Positions 10,092 through 20,337 of a stretch of 64,000 nt of DNA are shown piece after piece. The DNA lies in contig OY771506.1 in the NCBI GenBank assembly GCA_963674705.1, positions 3,520,001-3,584,000 on the forward strand, read 5' to 3'. Positions within the stretch are counted from its first letter, which is position 1. The number at the start of each line of letters is the position of its first letter. This DNA is from Phycisphaeraceae bacterium (GTDB lineage: Bacteria; Planctomycetota; Phycisphaerae; Phycisphaerales; Phycisphaeraceae). Below the pieces are notes generated by a model, which was given only the letters and a program-made list of their open reading frames with translations, made no database searches and was not told the origin of the DNA. The position numbers and the translations under genes were made by a program.

Positions 10092-10976
10092 GTGATCAAC
10101 TTCTTTGCTGCGGTTCTGGTGATCGGATTTGTGTCTGTAGGTTTTGCAATGGCGGAGTCATCACCAGCGCAGCCCTATCCGGGCTATGAACTGATCTGGC
10201 AGGATGAGTTTGATGTGGATGGCCCGCCGAATCCTGCGAACTGGACGTATGAAGAGGGCTTTGTCCGCAACGAAGAGTTGCAGTGGTATCAACCGGAGAA
10301 CGCGCAATGTGTGGATGGGAAACTCGTGATCGAAGCGAAACGCGTTGATTTGCCGAATCCGAATTACGAAGCGGACAGCGACGACTGGCGCTTGAATCGG
10401 CCGAGGATCGAATACACCTCGGCGTGCGTAAGGACGATGGGCCTGCAGCAGTGGTTGTACGGCCGATTCGAGATACGTGCGAAGATCGATATCGGTGCTG
10501 GGCTCTGGCCCGCGATCTGGATGCTAGGATCGGCGCGCGGTTGGCCGGGCTGCGGCGAGATCGACATCATGGAGTATTACCGAGGCAAGATATGGGCCAA
10601 TGCCGCATGGGCATCAGGCACGGGCGGTCGATGGGGTTCGAAGTGGGATTCGTCAGCGACGCCAATCGAGGAACTGACGGACAAGTCGCCAGCCGAATGG
10701 GCGTCTGAGTTTCATGTCTGGCGGATGGACTGGGATGAGAATCAGATCAAGCTCTATATCGATGATCGGCTGCTGAACACGATCGAGTTGGACAAGACCG
10801 TGAACGGGACCAAAGACGGCGCCAATCCCTTTCACGAACCGCAATACATGCTGCTGAACTTCGCGATCGGCGGGAACAACGGCGGCGACCCGAGCGGAAC
10901 GGAATTCCCACGGCGGTATGTGATCGATTATGTGCGGGTGTATCAGAAGTCAGAAAATCCCGGACAGAATCGTTGA
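10092..10976 (+). CDS. glycoside hydrolase family 16 (laminarinase-like), secreted
   Basis: WQDEFD, GLWPAIW, catalytic EIDIME, IDYVRVY; signal peptide; GTG start with GGAGG. Confidence 0.93.
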   Translation: MINFFAAVLVIGFVSVGFAMAESSPAQPYPGYELIWQDEFDVDGPPNPANWTYEEGFVRNEELQWYQPENAQCVDGKLVIEAKRVDLPNPNYEADSDDWRLNRPRIEYTSACVRTMGLQQWLYGRFEIRAKIDIGAGLWPAIWMLGSARGWPGCGEIDIMEYYRGKIWANAAWASGTGGRWGSKWDSSATPIEELTDKSPAEWASEFHVWRMDWDENQIKLYIDDRLLNTIELDKTVNGTKDGANPFHEPQYMLLNFAIGGNNGGDPSGTEFPRRYVIDYVRVYQKSENPGQNR

Positions 10977-11000
10977 ACGGAATCACATCCTCTGGATACG

Positions 11001-11033
11001 AAAAACCGCGCCGGCTTCTGGCCGACGCGGGTA
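11001..11033. terminator. intrinsic terminator between convergent genes
   Basis: A-tract plus GC hairpin ccgcgccggc-ttctg-gccgacgcgg. Confidence 0.5.
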
Positions 11034-11080
11034 AACGTGGAAGGAATACAGGAGTACTATTAGTAGGTCGTCATATGCGA

Positions 11081-11965
11081 TCAGCGACGGCGTCCGCTTG
11101 CGATTGCCAATGCGCCCAGGCCCAGCAGCGCGAGCGATGCCGGTTCGGGGACGAGTGTGATGGTCACGCCACCGTTTTCTTCGACAACGCTGAAGGCCGC
11201 GGCATCGTTGGCGCCGTTGTACTGGATCGTGTTGTTGCTCAGGAACAGGTCGGCGTCGAGTTCAGCGATCGTGTAGTTCTCGAAGCGCAACGTGCCGGTC
11301 GAGCCGGGTAAGAAGTTGAGCGACTTATCGAGTGCGTCGCCGCCGTAGAAACCTGAGTAGAAGGTGGAGCCGTCGAGGACGATCGTGCCGCCCGTGAGTA
11401 GGACGCTGCCCGGGCCGTCGGCGAAGGAGATCAGGTTCCCGACAACCATCGTGCCGGCGGACATGGTGAAGTCATCGATCGGTTTGAATTCGTTGCCGAC
11501 GTTGAGCGTACCACCGAGGACGTTCAGTGCACCGGTGTTGGTCGGGTCATAGATGACGTTGTCGTTGAGGTTAAGCGTGCCTGCCGAGACCTGGAAGACC
11601 GAAGCAGCATCACGGATGATGTTGCCGGCCGTGCCTTGGTTGAACGTGCCACCCGCGACATCGACCACGCCACCGGTCATCTGGATCCATGCGATCCCAA
11701 CGACTTGCGTCCAGCTGCCACCGGTGATCTGAAGCGTGCCGCCGTTGTGCAGGGCGAGGTCGCCGCCGGGGGTGTAGGTGACGTCACCCGCGGTGATCTG
11801 TGCGGTATCACCGTTGGCGGTATCAGGCAGGGCGTCGCCGATCCAGTTGGTATTAACGGTGTACTCACCGTCCGTGCCGTTCCAGACGACCACGTCTGCG
11901 GTTGCGTAGGTTGAGCCCAAGCCGATTGCCAGGGCCGTTGCTAAAAGTTTGATAGGGGTCTTCAT
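11081..11965 (-). CDS. PEP-CTERM sorting domain surface protein
   Basis: signal peptide, Gly-rich beta-helix-like repeats, C-terminal VPEPASLALLGLGALAIASGRRR; AGGAGG RBS. Confidence 0.92.
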   Translation of the reverse strand: MKTPIKLLATALAIGLGSTYATADVVVWNGTDGEYTVNTNWIGDALPDTANGDTAQITAGDVTYTPGGDLALHNGGTLQITGGSWTQVVGIAWIQMTGGVVDVAGGTFNQGTAGNIIRDAASVFQVSAGTLNLNDNVIYDPTNTGALNVLGGTLNVGNEFKPIDDFTMSAGTMVVGNLISFADGPGSVLLTGGTIVLDGSTFYSGFYGGDALDKSLNFLPGSTGTLRFENYTIAELDADLFLSNNTIQYNGANDAAAFSVVEENGGVTITLVPEPASLALLGLGALAIASGRRR

Positions 11966-12043
11966 TTTCTCCTCCTGGTAAGAATTGTGCGTAGACAAGA
12001 TCTTTTTGCGTTCTCTGTTGATGCCCACGAGGGCGGGTAAGTG

Positions 12044-13048
12044 TTATGAATCTCCTGAAAGTGTCGCGGTGGATTCCAAGGGTTCGAACCAGCAGTCGAG
12101 TTTGATCTGCCGGGCTTTGTCTTGCTGGTGGATCAGTTCAAGCAGGTGCTGTAACGCCTTTCGACCGAGCAGTTCTGCATCCTGGCAGACCGCGGAAAGC
12201 TGTGGGAAGGAGCCGAAACGGTCGTGCGTGTCGTCGAAGCCAATGACGGATAAGTCGCGTGGGATACGCACGCCCATGCGCAGCGCTTCGTTGCAGAGGC
12301 CAAGGCCGAGCGCCGGGTCGGACATGAAGATGGCGGTGGGGCGGTCGGACAGGGCCATGAGTTGGCGGAGTATGGCGCCGCCGCCGGATGGCTGGGCAGG
12401 GTTGCGCACGATCCAACGTCCATCGGTGGGGAGTTCGGAACGCGAGAGAAAACGTTGGTAAGCGTCGAGCCGCTTGGCGTGGTCGAAGTCGTCCACGACG
12501 TTCAATGCGATCGCGATCTTGCGGTGGCCCAGGTCGACTAAGTGTTCCAATGCCCGTTCGATCGCGCTGTCTGCATCGCTGTACACACAACCGACACGGT
12601 CGTTGTCGATACGGTCGGCGATGGCGACGGTGGGAAAGCCTTCCTCCGCCAGTTCGTCGCACATGGTGTGTGTCGCGGTGGTCGTGCGGAGTAACGCACC
12701 GGCCACGCCCCGGCGCAGCATCATCTGGCCTAACGACTCACCCGGGCCGCGCCCCCGAGCGGCGTTGATGATCATCAGGTCGTGATCGGTCTGGTTCAGT
12801 TCTTCAGCGATACCATGCAGTACGGAGGAGTCGAAAGAGGAGTCCAGCGAGGATTGGCCGCGGTAGACCAGAGCGATGGAAGTCGTGGCCTTACGCGAAC
12901 CGATCGCGGAGGAGGCCCGCATGCTGTTGGCTGCCTGCAGCACCTTTGCTCGTGCCTTGGGGCTGACGTGCGGCTGGTTGTTCAATACACGTGATACCGT
13001 GCCGACCGACACGTTGGCGGTTTTCGCGATTTCTCGAACGCTGGGCAA
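12044..13048 (-). CDS. LacI-family transcriptional regulator
   Basis: SVREIAKTANVSVGTVSRVLN HTH, IPRDLSVIGFDD; TTG start with AGGAG RBS. Confidence 0.95.
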   Translation of the reverse strand: MPSVREIAKTANVSVGTVSRVLNNQPHVSPKARAKVLQAANSMRASSAIGSRKATTSIALVYRGQSSLDSSFDSSVLHGIAEELNQTDHDLMIINAARGRGPGESLGQMMLRRGVAGALLRTTTATHTMCDELAEEGFPTVAIADRIDNDRVGCVYSDADSAIERALEHLVDLGHRKIAIALNVVDDFDHAKRLDAYQRFLSRSELPTDGRWIVRNPAQPSGGGAILRQLMALSDRPTAIFMSDPALGLGLCNEALRMGVRIPRDLSVIGFDDTHDRFGSFPQLSAVCQDAELLGRKALQHLLELIHQQDKARQIKLDCWFEPLESTATLSGDS

Positions 13049-13072
13049 AGCTCCTCTCCTGGTGATGCAATT

Positions 13073-13092
13073 AATTGGGACAAGTTCCAATT
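13073..13092. promoter_or_regulatory. palindromic candidate operator (LacI autoregulation)
   Basis: aattgggacaagttccaatt near-perfect palindrome 25 bp upstream of the LacI start. Confidence 0.45.
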
Positions 13093-13458
13093 ATGTACCA
13101 ATATTCTACAATGTCTATCTCCCTGTTCAATGAGGTTTTGGACGATTTCATGAGTTTTCAGGTGTTTCATCCCGGAAACACACATCTGGAGGGGCTGTAC
13201 GGGCAATCTGAGCCGCCGTGCCCTCACGGCGGACCGCGTCGAGGGTGACGCGGCTTTGTTACAGCAATCGAACAGCACATTCTGTCGTGGTGTGGCCGTG
13301 TCCGCCCCCTCCCTCTGATTTGGGGCTGAATTGTCGTTATCTACTTGTCAAAGAACGGATTGCGCGATGTCCGCTTTCCGGGGTAGGACGTCCGGGCCCG
13401 CGTTTACTGTCCGTTGATGCGTCAGGCGGACACAGGTGCGGCCATAGGTGACGCGATG

Positions 13459-13493
13459 AAAAAAAGCGTCGTCCCTTATAGGGTGCGACGACG
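13459..13493 (-). terminator. intrinsic terminator downstream of the Fe-S/PAS/phosphatase operon
   Basis: minus strand cgtcgtc(gca)ccctataagggacgacg followed by a T7 tract. Confidence 0.65.
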
Positions 13494-13619
13494 GATTGGT
13501 GCGCACAATGGGGGATGACCGTGAAGTGCGGCAGTCGCTATGTTTGGATTGAGAACGCTCTATACGCCCGTATCGCGGCATCAAGTAGGAAGCGGTTGTT
13601 TTTAACTGAGGGGCTTGAG

Positions 13620-14789
13620 TCAGCAGTATTCGACCTGGACGCGTTTGTGCAGACGTTCCAAGAGCTCGACGTAGCGGTCGATCAGGCCCTTGCGGAGCGA
13701 GACTTCGCGGGGCAGCAGGGGGTTCTGGTAGTACTCGTTGATCTGCTGGCCGACGATCATGTAGATGTGGTCGGTTTCGAGGATGGCTCGGGCGAGCATG
13801 ACAGCACCGTTGTGTTCGTTGGGCAGGCGGGAGATGACCGTGTTGCACTGCTCGATCATCTCGAGCGCTTTGTTCATGGTGAGGATGCCTTCGGTCACCA
13901 GGTCGATGCCGGGCAGTTTTGCGATGGGCGGGATGTCCGGGGTCATGCTTTCGATATCGACTTCGGCGAGTTGGCCGAGGTATCGACCCACGATATTGCC
14001 GGTGGTGCCGCCGCAGACGACCTTTCGGCCATCGAAGTTCAGGACGCGCTCAGCGATCTTTGCATCGTCGGCTTCGTTTAAAGGCGGGCCGGTGAAGAGG
14101 ATCATGGCGCTCTTATGCCGAACGAGCATCCCCGCGAAGCTGGCGTCGTCTCCGATGTTATCGCGGTAATGATTCGCGACTTCGTGCATAAGCCCTTCGA
14201 CGATCCCGCGTGCGACCGGTCCGGCGAGCATGGCCTGTTTTTCCGTGCTCCTGGCGACGTTATCCCAGCCCCAGCCGAAGTCCATCGAAGCGCCGAGGCC
14301 GGCGTGCGGAACGCCGTCGCTTAATAGTGCGATGAAGTCGCCGAGTTCGAGCTTGCCCTCGTAGACTTCGATGGTTTTGCCGCTGATCTCCTGCCTGCGG
14401 TAGCCGGGTTGGTTGAGCCGTCCCTGCTTGAGGTGGATCGGGGCGGGGTTGTCGAAGTTGGCGATCATGTAATTGAGCGTGCTGTTATCGACAACGATGA
14501 CGGAAAACGTCGCGTAAGCCAGCAGCCTTTCCTGGCAGACCGGCAGCGTGCTGATGACGGTATCCAGCACATCCTCCAGCGAGATGTTTTCGCTGAGCAT
14601 GGTGACGAGGATTTCCGCGGTCATGGTGGAGAGGATGTTGGCTTTGACGCCGCTACCCAGCCCGTCGGAGAGGACGAGGACGGTTCTTTCGTTCGTTCGC
14701 CTTACGCGCACGCCATCGCCGCAGAGCTCTTCGCCTGTCTTGGTCAGTTGCTTGCTGTGGATGTCGAGGAAGAAGGGCACGTCAGTCAA
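13620..14789 (-). CDS. SpoIIE/PP2C-family Ser/Thr phosphatase (HfsC-like)
   Basis: EELCGD, LSDGLGSGVKANILST, LSDGV, GDD, KVVCGGTT, DLVTEGILT motifs. Confidence 0.9.
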   Translation of the reverse strand: MTDVPFFLDIHSKQLTKTGEELCGDGVRVRRTNERTVLVLSDGLGSGVKANILSTMTAEILVTMLSENISLEDVLDTVISTLPVCQERLLAYATFSVIVVDNSTLNYMIANFDNPAPIHLKQGRLNQPGYRRQEISGKTIEVYEGKLELGDFIALLSDGVPHAGLGASMDFGWGWDNVARSTEKQAMLAGPVARGIVEGLMHEVANHYRDNIGDDASFAGMLVRHKSAMILFTGPPLNEADDAKIAERVLNFDGRKVVCGGTTGNIVGRYLGQLAEVDIESMTPDIPPIAKLPGIDLVTEGILTMNKALEMIEQCNTVISRLPNEHNGAVMLARAILETDHIYMIVGQQINEYYQNPLLPREVSLRKGLIDRYVELLERLHKRVQVEYC

Positions 14790-15306
14790 TCTCGCGTCGG
14801 AGGGTTTCCATCAACTTGATCAGACTCACCTTGGTTTCGGCAGTGGCTTCACCTAAGAGGCTTGCGATTTCCTGTGCGACCTTCATGTGCTTGTCAACCA
14901 CGGCCCCGACCTGCGAAACGGCTTCGTCCCGGACGTTACGCAATTCTTCAGCGCTGCGGCGTCTCTCCGTCATGTCGATGAAGATACAGGCGACCACTGT
15001 TGGGTTATCCATCTTGAACAGGCGCAAATCGAAAACCTTTGGCGGATTACCTGCACGAAGTTCCTTGGACCAGGTGGTATCTTCACCTCGTTTGAGGCGG
15101 TCGAACGTCTGCTCGAACATCGAGGCGTCTTCGAGGACCTCGGTGATCTGTTTGCCTAAAACTTCACCGCGCGTAACGCTGAATAACTCGCAGAACGCCC
15201 GATTAACCAGCAGGACCCGTCGGTCGGCATCCACAGCAACGACGCCGTTGGGATCGTGATCCCACAGCTTCTCCCAGATTGATTTGTTGGTTTCGATGCC
15301 GCTCAT
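14782..15306 (-). CDS. PAS-domain protein resembling the C-terminus of HfsB/HydS sensory hydrogenases
   Basis: PNGVVAVD...VNRAF PAS start; C-terminal VVDKHMKVAQEIASLLGEATAETKVSL helix. Confidence 0.8.
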   Translation of the reverse strand: MSGIETNKSIWEKLWDHDPNGVVAVDADRRVLLVNRAFCELFSVTRGEVLGKQITEVLEDASMFEQTFDRLKRGEDTTWSKELRAGNPPKVFDLRLFKMDNPTVVACIFIDMTERRRSAEELRNVRDEAVSQVGAVVDKHMKVAQEIASLLGEATAETKVSLIKLMETLRREID

Positions 15307-15623
15307 TATTTACCCTTGGCTTCGATCAGTACGAGCAGTTCCCGCTCGAAGATTTCGTCGATGGTTTCGGTTGTGATGCCGGTGGCGAGGTAGCCGTCGT
15401 AGTACATGACGATGCCGTCGGTACAGGGGCCCAGGCAGAACGAGCCCTTGAGTTTGACCTTGTCATCGACGCAGTATTTTGCCATGAGCTGCCGCAGGCG
15501 TTGCAGGACGGCGTGAGCGCCCTTGTGGTGGCAGGCTGAGCCCACGCAGAGGTATAACGCATCGCGTTCGAGCATGCCTTCCAGGGGCGTTTTCTGGTTG
15601 CAGATGGGCGGGTCTTCACTCAT
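15306..15623 (-). CDS. thioredoxin-like [2Fe-2S] ferredoxin (NuoE/HfsA-like)
   Basis: CVGSACHHKG and GSFCLGPC Cys motifs. Confidence 0.88.
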   Translation of the reverse strand: MSEDPPICNQKTPLEGMLERDALYLCVGSACHHKGAHAVLQRLRQLMAKYCVDDKVKLKGSFCLGPCTDGIVMYYDGYLATGITTETIDEIFERELLVLIEAKGK

Positions 15624-15734
15624 GGTGATTGGTGGTGGTGCGGCGTTGCGGTGAGTCAGCGATTATATCGGCAAGATGACAGGGCAGTCTGATACTGGGC
15701 GATTAACCCGTAGCTGTGTTATGCTTGTTAGCTG

Positions 15735-16370
15735 ATGCAAGCCATATTTGAGATAGCCAGGGACTTGATGGTGCGCGGCGGCGTGGTGATGTGGCCGTTG
15801 CTGGCGCTGAGTCTGCTGTCTGCCACGCTGATTTTCGAGCGGTGCTGGTTCTTCATGTTCTCGAACCATCCCGGGCGGATGGCAAGAGTGCGTTACATGG
15901 CCCGGTGCCTGCGCGAGGGCAATCACAACGAAGCTCAAGCGATTGCCAAGACGGACGGGGGCATCTACGGCAAGGTGGTTCAACGGATTTTATTCGAGAA
16001 GCCTACGCAAGCCTCGGCGATCGAGGTGGTGGAGTTCTACCGGCCCAAGCTGGAGCGTTTCATGCCGACGCTCTCGACGATCATCACGGTCGCACCGATG
16101 CTGGGTATCCTCGGGACGGTGCTAGGGATCATCAGCAGCTTCCAATTATTGTCTGATCCGGGGGCGGTGTCGGACCCGCGGTCGGTCAGCCTTGGGATTG
16201 CTGAAGCACTGTTCACGACCGCGGCGGGTTTGGTGGTCGCGATCCTGACCTTGTTTCCCTACAACGCTTTACGCGTGCAGGTGGAACGTTCACTTTCTGC
16301 AATCGAGACACTCGCCTGGGCGGCAGTGGATGATGAAAAATCTGAAAAGTCTCAAGATTCTGTGGGTTAA
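15735..16370 (+). CDS. MotA/TolQ/ExbB proton channel family protein
   Basis: GGVVMWPL, APMLGILGTVLGII, GIAEALFTTAAGL motifs. Confidence 0.93.
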   Translation: MQAIFEIARDLMVRGGVVMWPLLALSLLSATLIFERCWFFMFSNHPGRMARVRYMARCLREGNHNEAQAIAKTDGGIYGKVVQRILFEKPTQASAIEVVEFYRPKLERFMPTLSTIITVAPMLGILGTVLGIISSFQLLSDPGAVSDPRSVSLGIAEALFTTAAGLVVAILTLFPYNALRVQVERSLSAIETLAWAAVDDEKSEKSQDSVG

Positions 16371-16605
16371 ATCCTCACAAGATGTATACAATCACGCCGT
16401 AAACCGTTACCGATAACGTATCGGACAGCATTCGTACGGGGTACCCGGTCAGTGGGCGTGAATGTAATCTTAGAATTGCACGAGTATTTACTGCTTATCG
16501 GGTCTGTATGGCTTGTGTCTGTTGCCGATATATATGAAACCCTCCGGAAGGTGCGTGGGCTGAACCCGCGATAAGAGGGCGGACCGATAAACACAAGGAT
16601 TGAAA

Positions 16606-19227
16606 ATGCTCCACCCAAGCCAGGCACGGATTCGTAGTTTTGAAGTTGTCCCGTCACTACCTGAGCCGTTGCGCCCGCTGATGCGCATCGCTAACAACCT
16701 GTGGTGGACATGGCATCCCGAGGCGGTTGAACTGTTTGTTCGACTGGATCGCGATCTTTGGAAGGAAAGCAATCACAACCCGGTGAAAATGCTGGGGCTG
16801 GTCTCACAGGCCACGCTCGATGAAGCAGCGGCTGATGAAGGTTTTTTGACATCGCTATCGATCGCGGTAGAAAACCTCGAACGTCATGAAGGACGCACCC
16901 CCTGGCTGGAATCGGTCAAAAAGGAATCCAAGGGTTACACGGTCGCGTACTTCTGTGCAGAGTTCGGCATGACCGAATCGCTGCAGATCTATTCCGGTGG
17001 CCTGGGATGCCTGGCGGGTGATCACCTGAAGTCCGCCAGCGAGTTGGGGCTGCCACTTGTCGCGGTTGGTTTGCTCTATCGCAACGGTTACTTCCAGCAA
17101 TACCTCAACAGCGACGGTTGGCAGCAGGAATACACACCCGATCTGGACTTCTCCACGTTGCCGGTGGACCCGGTCAAGGATAAGTCGGGCGAGCAGGTGA
17201 AGGTGTCCGTTCGACTGCCCGGCCGCGATGTTTCCATCGGCCTGTGGAAAGCGGTCGTCGGGAAGATCCCGCTGTACCTATTGGACACAAACCTGCCTGA
17301 AAACCAGGAAGCAGACCGCCACATCACCAGCCAGTTGTACGGCGGTGATATGGAGATGCGTATCAAGCAGGAAATCGTTCTGGGTATCGGCGGCGTGCGT
17401 GCGCTGGAAGCGATCAACATCACGCCGGACGTCTGTCACATGAACGAAGGTCACTCAGCGTTCATGGCGTTAGAGCGGATTACGAGGATCATCGAGCAGC
17501 GCGGCGTCAGCTTCGACGAAGCCCGCCAGCTTGCCGCAGCCAGCCACGTCTTTACGACGCACACCCCGGTGCCGGCCGGTATCGACCGGTTCCCACCCGA
17601 CATGATTCAGCGCTACTTCAAGAGCTACCACAGCTCGCTGGGGCTGGATATGGAGGGCTTGCTGGCGCTCGGCCGTGAGAACGTCTTTGATAAGAACGAG
17701 TTCTTCTCGATGGCGGTGCTGGCGATCCGTACCAGCCGTTGGGCGAACGGCGTGAGTCGGTTGCACGGGGAAGTCAGCCGGGGCATGTGGAACAACATCT
17801 GGCAGAACGTGCCGCAGGATGAAGTGCCGATCACGCACGTGACCAACGGTGTTCACGCACGTAGCTGGCTCTCCGGTGATCTGATCTTCCTGTTCGACCG
17901 TTACCTCGGTTCACGCTGGCAGAACAATCCGGCCGACCATGCGGTCTGGCAGGCGGTTGAGAACGTGCCGGATGAAGAGCTGTGGCGTGTGCACGAACAG
18001 CGTCGCCGCCACCTTATCAATTGGACACGCGAGAAACTGGAACAGCAGCTTCATGCCCGTGGCGCAAGCCCGGACCAGATCAAGGCGAGTTGCGAGGCGC
18101 TGGACCCAACCGCGTTGACGATCGGGTTCGCCCGTCGGTTTGCCACGTATAAGCGCGGCACGCTGCTGCTTCGTGACTGGAAGCGAATTGAAAGGATCCT
18201 GACCGACACGAAGCGTCCGGTGCAGATTCTTGTTGCGGGTAAGGCCCACCCGGCCGACGGCGGCGGTAAGGACCTGATCCGTCAGATCGTCCAGATCGCT
18301 TCGCAGTCGGATGCGGGACATAAGATCGTGTTCCTTGAGAATTACGATATCAATGTCGCGCGCAACCTGGTGCAAGGCTGCGACGTCTGGCTGAACACGC
18401 CACGCCGTGGTATGGAAGCGTCGGGCACCAGCGGCATGAAAGCAGCGCTCAATGGCGTATTGAACTGCTCGATCATGGACGGCTGGTGGGACGAAGCGTA
18501 CGAATCCGATCTTGGCTGGGCGATCGGCCGGGGCGAGGAATACGCCAACCCCGCGACGGCGGACGACCTGGAAAGCCAGGCCTTGTACGACCTGCTTGAG
18601 AACAACATCATCCCGACCTTCTACAGTCGGGATAAGAACGACCTGCCCGTGAAGTGGGTCGCGATGATGAAGGCGTGTATCTCCAAGCTTGCTCCGCAGT
18701 TCAACACCAACCGCATGGTGCAGGAATACACCGAGAAGCTCTATCTGCCGGCCCTGGATAAGAGCCGTAAACTTGCGGCAAACAACATCGCCGGTGCGAT
18801 CGAGCAGGCCAAGTCGATCGAACACCTGCGTGCGAACTGGGGCGCACTGAAGATCGAAACGGTCGAGGCGGATACCACCGAGCCGCTGGGTGTTCGCCAG
18901 TCGCTCAGCGTCAGCACCGTGGTCAACCTTGGCGGCCTTCAGCCGGACGAGGTGCGCGTGCAGCTCTATAGCGGCCGGCTGGACAACGAATCCCGGTTGG
19001 TCAACGCCAAGTACAGCGACATGACCCACGTCCAGGACCTGGGTGACGGTCGGCATCAGTACACCGGTAGCGTTCTGACCACCACCAGCGGACGCCACGG
19101 CTTCGCGGTGCGAATCCTGCCGGGTGGCACATTGTTCGACGGACTGGTGGTCCCGGGCCTGATCCTGTGGGATGTGGCTGAGGCGCCGGTGCCGAAGCAG
19201 AAAGTCAAGGCCGAGAAGGTTGCTTGA
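16606..19227 (+). CDS. glgP: alpha-glucan (glycogen) phosphorylase
   Basis: YSGGLGCLAGD, HMNEGH, FARRFATYKR, EASGTSGMK (PLP lysine). Confidence 0.97.
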   Translation: MLHPSQARIRSFEVVPSLPEPLRPLMRIANNLWWTWHPEAVELFVRLDRDLWKESNHNPVKMLGLVSQATLDEAAADEGFLTSLSIAVENLERHEGRTPWLESVKKESKGYTVAYFCAEFGMTESLQIYSGGLGCLAGDHLKSASELGLPLVAVGLLYRNGYFQQYLNSDGWQQEYTPDLDFSTLPVDPVKDKSGEQVKVSVRLPGRDVSIGLWKAVVGKIPLYLLDTNLPENQEADRHITSQLYGGDMEMRIKQEIVLGIGGVRALEAINITPDVCHMNEGHSAFMALERITRIIEQRGVSFDEARQLAAASHVFTTHTPVPAGIDRFPPDMIQRYFKSYHSSLGLDMEGLLALGRENVFDKNEFFSMAVLAIRTSRWANGVSRLHGEVSRGMWNNIWQNVPQDEVPITHVTNGVHARSWLSGDLIFLFDRYLGSRWQNNPADHAVWQAVENVPDEELWRVHEQRRRHLINWTREKLEQQLHARGASPDQIKASCEALDPTALTIGFARRFATYKRGTLLLRDWKRIERILTDTKRPVQILVAGKAHPADGGGKDLIRQIVQIASQSDAGHKIVFLENYDINVARNLVQGCDVWLNTPRRGMEASGTSGMKAALNGVLNCSIMDGWWDEAYESDLGWAIGRGEEYANPATADDLESQALYDLLENNIIPTFYSRDKNDLPVKWVAMMKACISKLAPQFNTNRMVQEYTEKLYLPALDKSRKLAANNIAGAIEQAKSIEHLRANWGALKIETVEADTTEPLGVRQSLSVSTVVNLGGLQPDEVRVQLYSGRLDNESRLVNAKYSDMTHVQDLGDGRHQYTGSVLTTTSGRHGFAVRILPGGTLFDGLVVPGLILWDVAEAPVPKQKVKAEKVA

Positions 19228-19269
19228 CGGACCTGTTAGCCCAATATTGGATAGACTAAAATAATATCA

Positions 19270-19311
19270 GCGACGCTCCCGGATCCAATCGGTCCGGGAG
19301 CGTTGTTATTT
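19270..19311 (+). terminator. intrinsic terminator after glgP
   Basis: gcgacgctcccgga...tccgggagcgttgt hairpin plus T-rich tail. Confidence 0.65.
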
Positions 19312-19360
19312 GTGCATGAGGTGACTTGCGGCCATGTCTGGTCGTGGTAGCCTCATAGCG

Positions 19361-19786
19361 ATGGCTGACGATCCCCTGTTCGAGACTTCGGGCGACGAAC
19401 TGTTGATTAGCGTCTATACCCGTCAGGGCAGGACGCTGGATGACTTGCCGTACACTCCCGAGTTTGAAGCGATCTACGAAGCAATCACAGGCGGCGGCGA
19501 ACCACCGGTGACACGACAGGCGATGTTCCATCGGCTGCACAACCTGCGAAAAGCAGGCAAGCTGCCACGGCTCGGTAAGGCACATGGATCGCGTCCACGC
19601 CTGACGCCGGAAGACGAAGCATTGATTGCGGAACTTGTTTGCGATCAGGTGGGTGAGTTATCCAAGCGGGATCAGCTTCTGTACACACGAGCGTTTGACA
19701 GTATCGTTACCAACTTCAACGCCCGCGCCGGGCTGAGCCTGACGGCCCACGATGTCTGGCGCATCATTGCAAAGCTAGCCAAATGA
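19361..19786 (+). CDS. hypothetical protein with two tandem ~65-aa helical repeats
   Basis: DDLPYTPEFEAI...LHNLRK and DQLLYTRAFDSI...IAKLAK internal similarity. Confidence 0.7.
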   Translation: MADDPLFETSGDELLISVYTRQGRTLDDLPYTPEFEAIYEAITGGGEPPVTRQAMFHRLHNLRKAGKLPRLGKAHGSRPRLTPEDEALIAELVCDQVGELSKRDQLLYTRAFDSIVTNFNARAGLSLTAHDVWRIIAKLAK

Positions 19787-20319
19787 TTAGAGCCTGGGAT
19801 GTAAACGAATCGACTATTACTGCTCAGTTCCTGGAACAGCAGCGCATTGATATGCGTGAGTGCCTTGAGAAGATCGAGCACTGTTTTTCACAATTAAGCG
19901 ATGAAGATGTCTGGTGGCGTCCCTACGAAGAGCACAACGCGCTGGGCAATATCATCCTGCACCTTTGCGGGAACCTGGGGCAGTGGATTATCAACGGCGT
20001 GACAGAGAATCCTGACACTCGAAATCGGCCGTTGGAATTCTCAACACGCGAGCCGGTGCCGAAGGATCAACTGCTGGACTGGTTACGGCAGACGATCCAG
20101 CAGGCAGACAAGGTGATCACGGCGCAAAATGAGAAGACTCTGCTTCAACCGCGGACCGTGCAAGGTTTCAGCGTATTGGTGCAGTCGGCGATCCATCATT
20201 CGGTATCACATCTGTGTGGACACACACAAGAGATCATCTGGGTCACACGCTTGCGCAAAGGGCCAGAATACCTCTTCCGCTGGTCGCCCAGCACACCGGA
20301 AGAGGGCGCAACCGCCTGA
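19783..20319 (+). CDS. DinB/DUF1572-family protein
   Basis: NALGNIILHLCGN, RNRPLEF, H...H..QEI metal-binding histidines. Confidence 0.85.
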   Translation: MIRAWDVNESTITAQFLEQQRIDMRECLEKIEHCFSQLSDEDVWWRPYEEHNALGNIILHLCGNLGQWIINGVTENPDTRNRPLEFSTREPVPKDQLLDWLRQTIQQADKVITAQNEKTLLQPRTVQGFSVLVQSAIHHSVSHLCGHTQEIIWVTRLRKGPEYLFRWSPSTPEEGATA

Positions 20320-20337
20320 TCGCCTACAATAGCGCGT

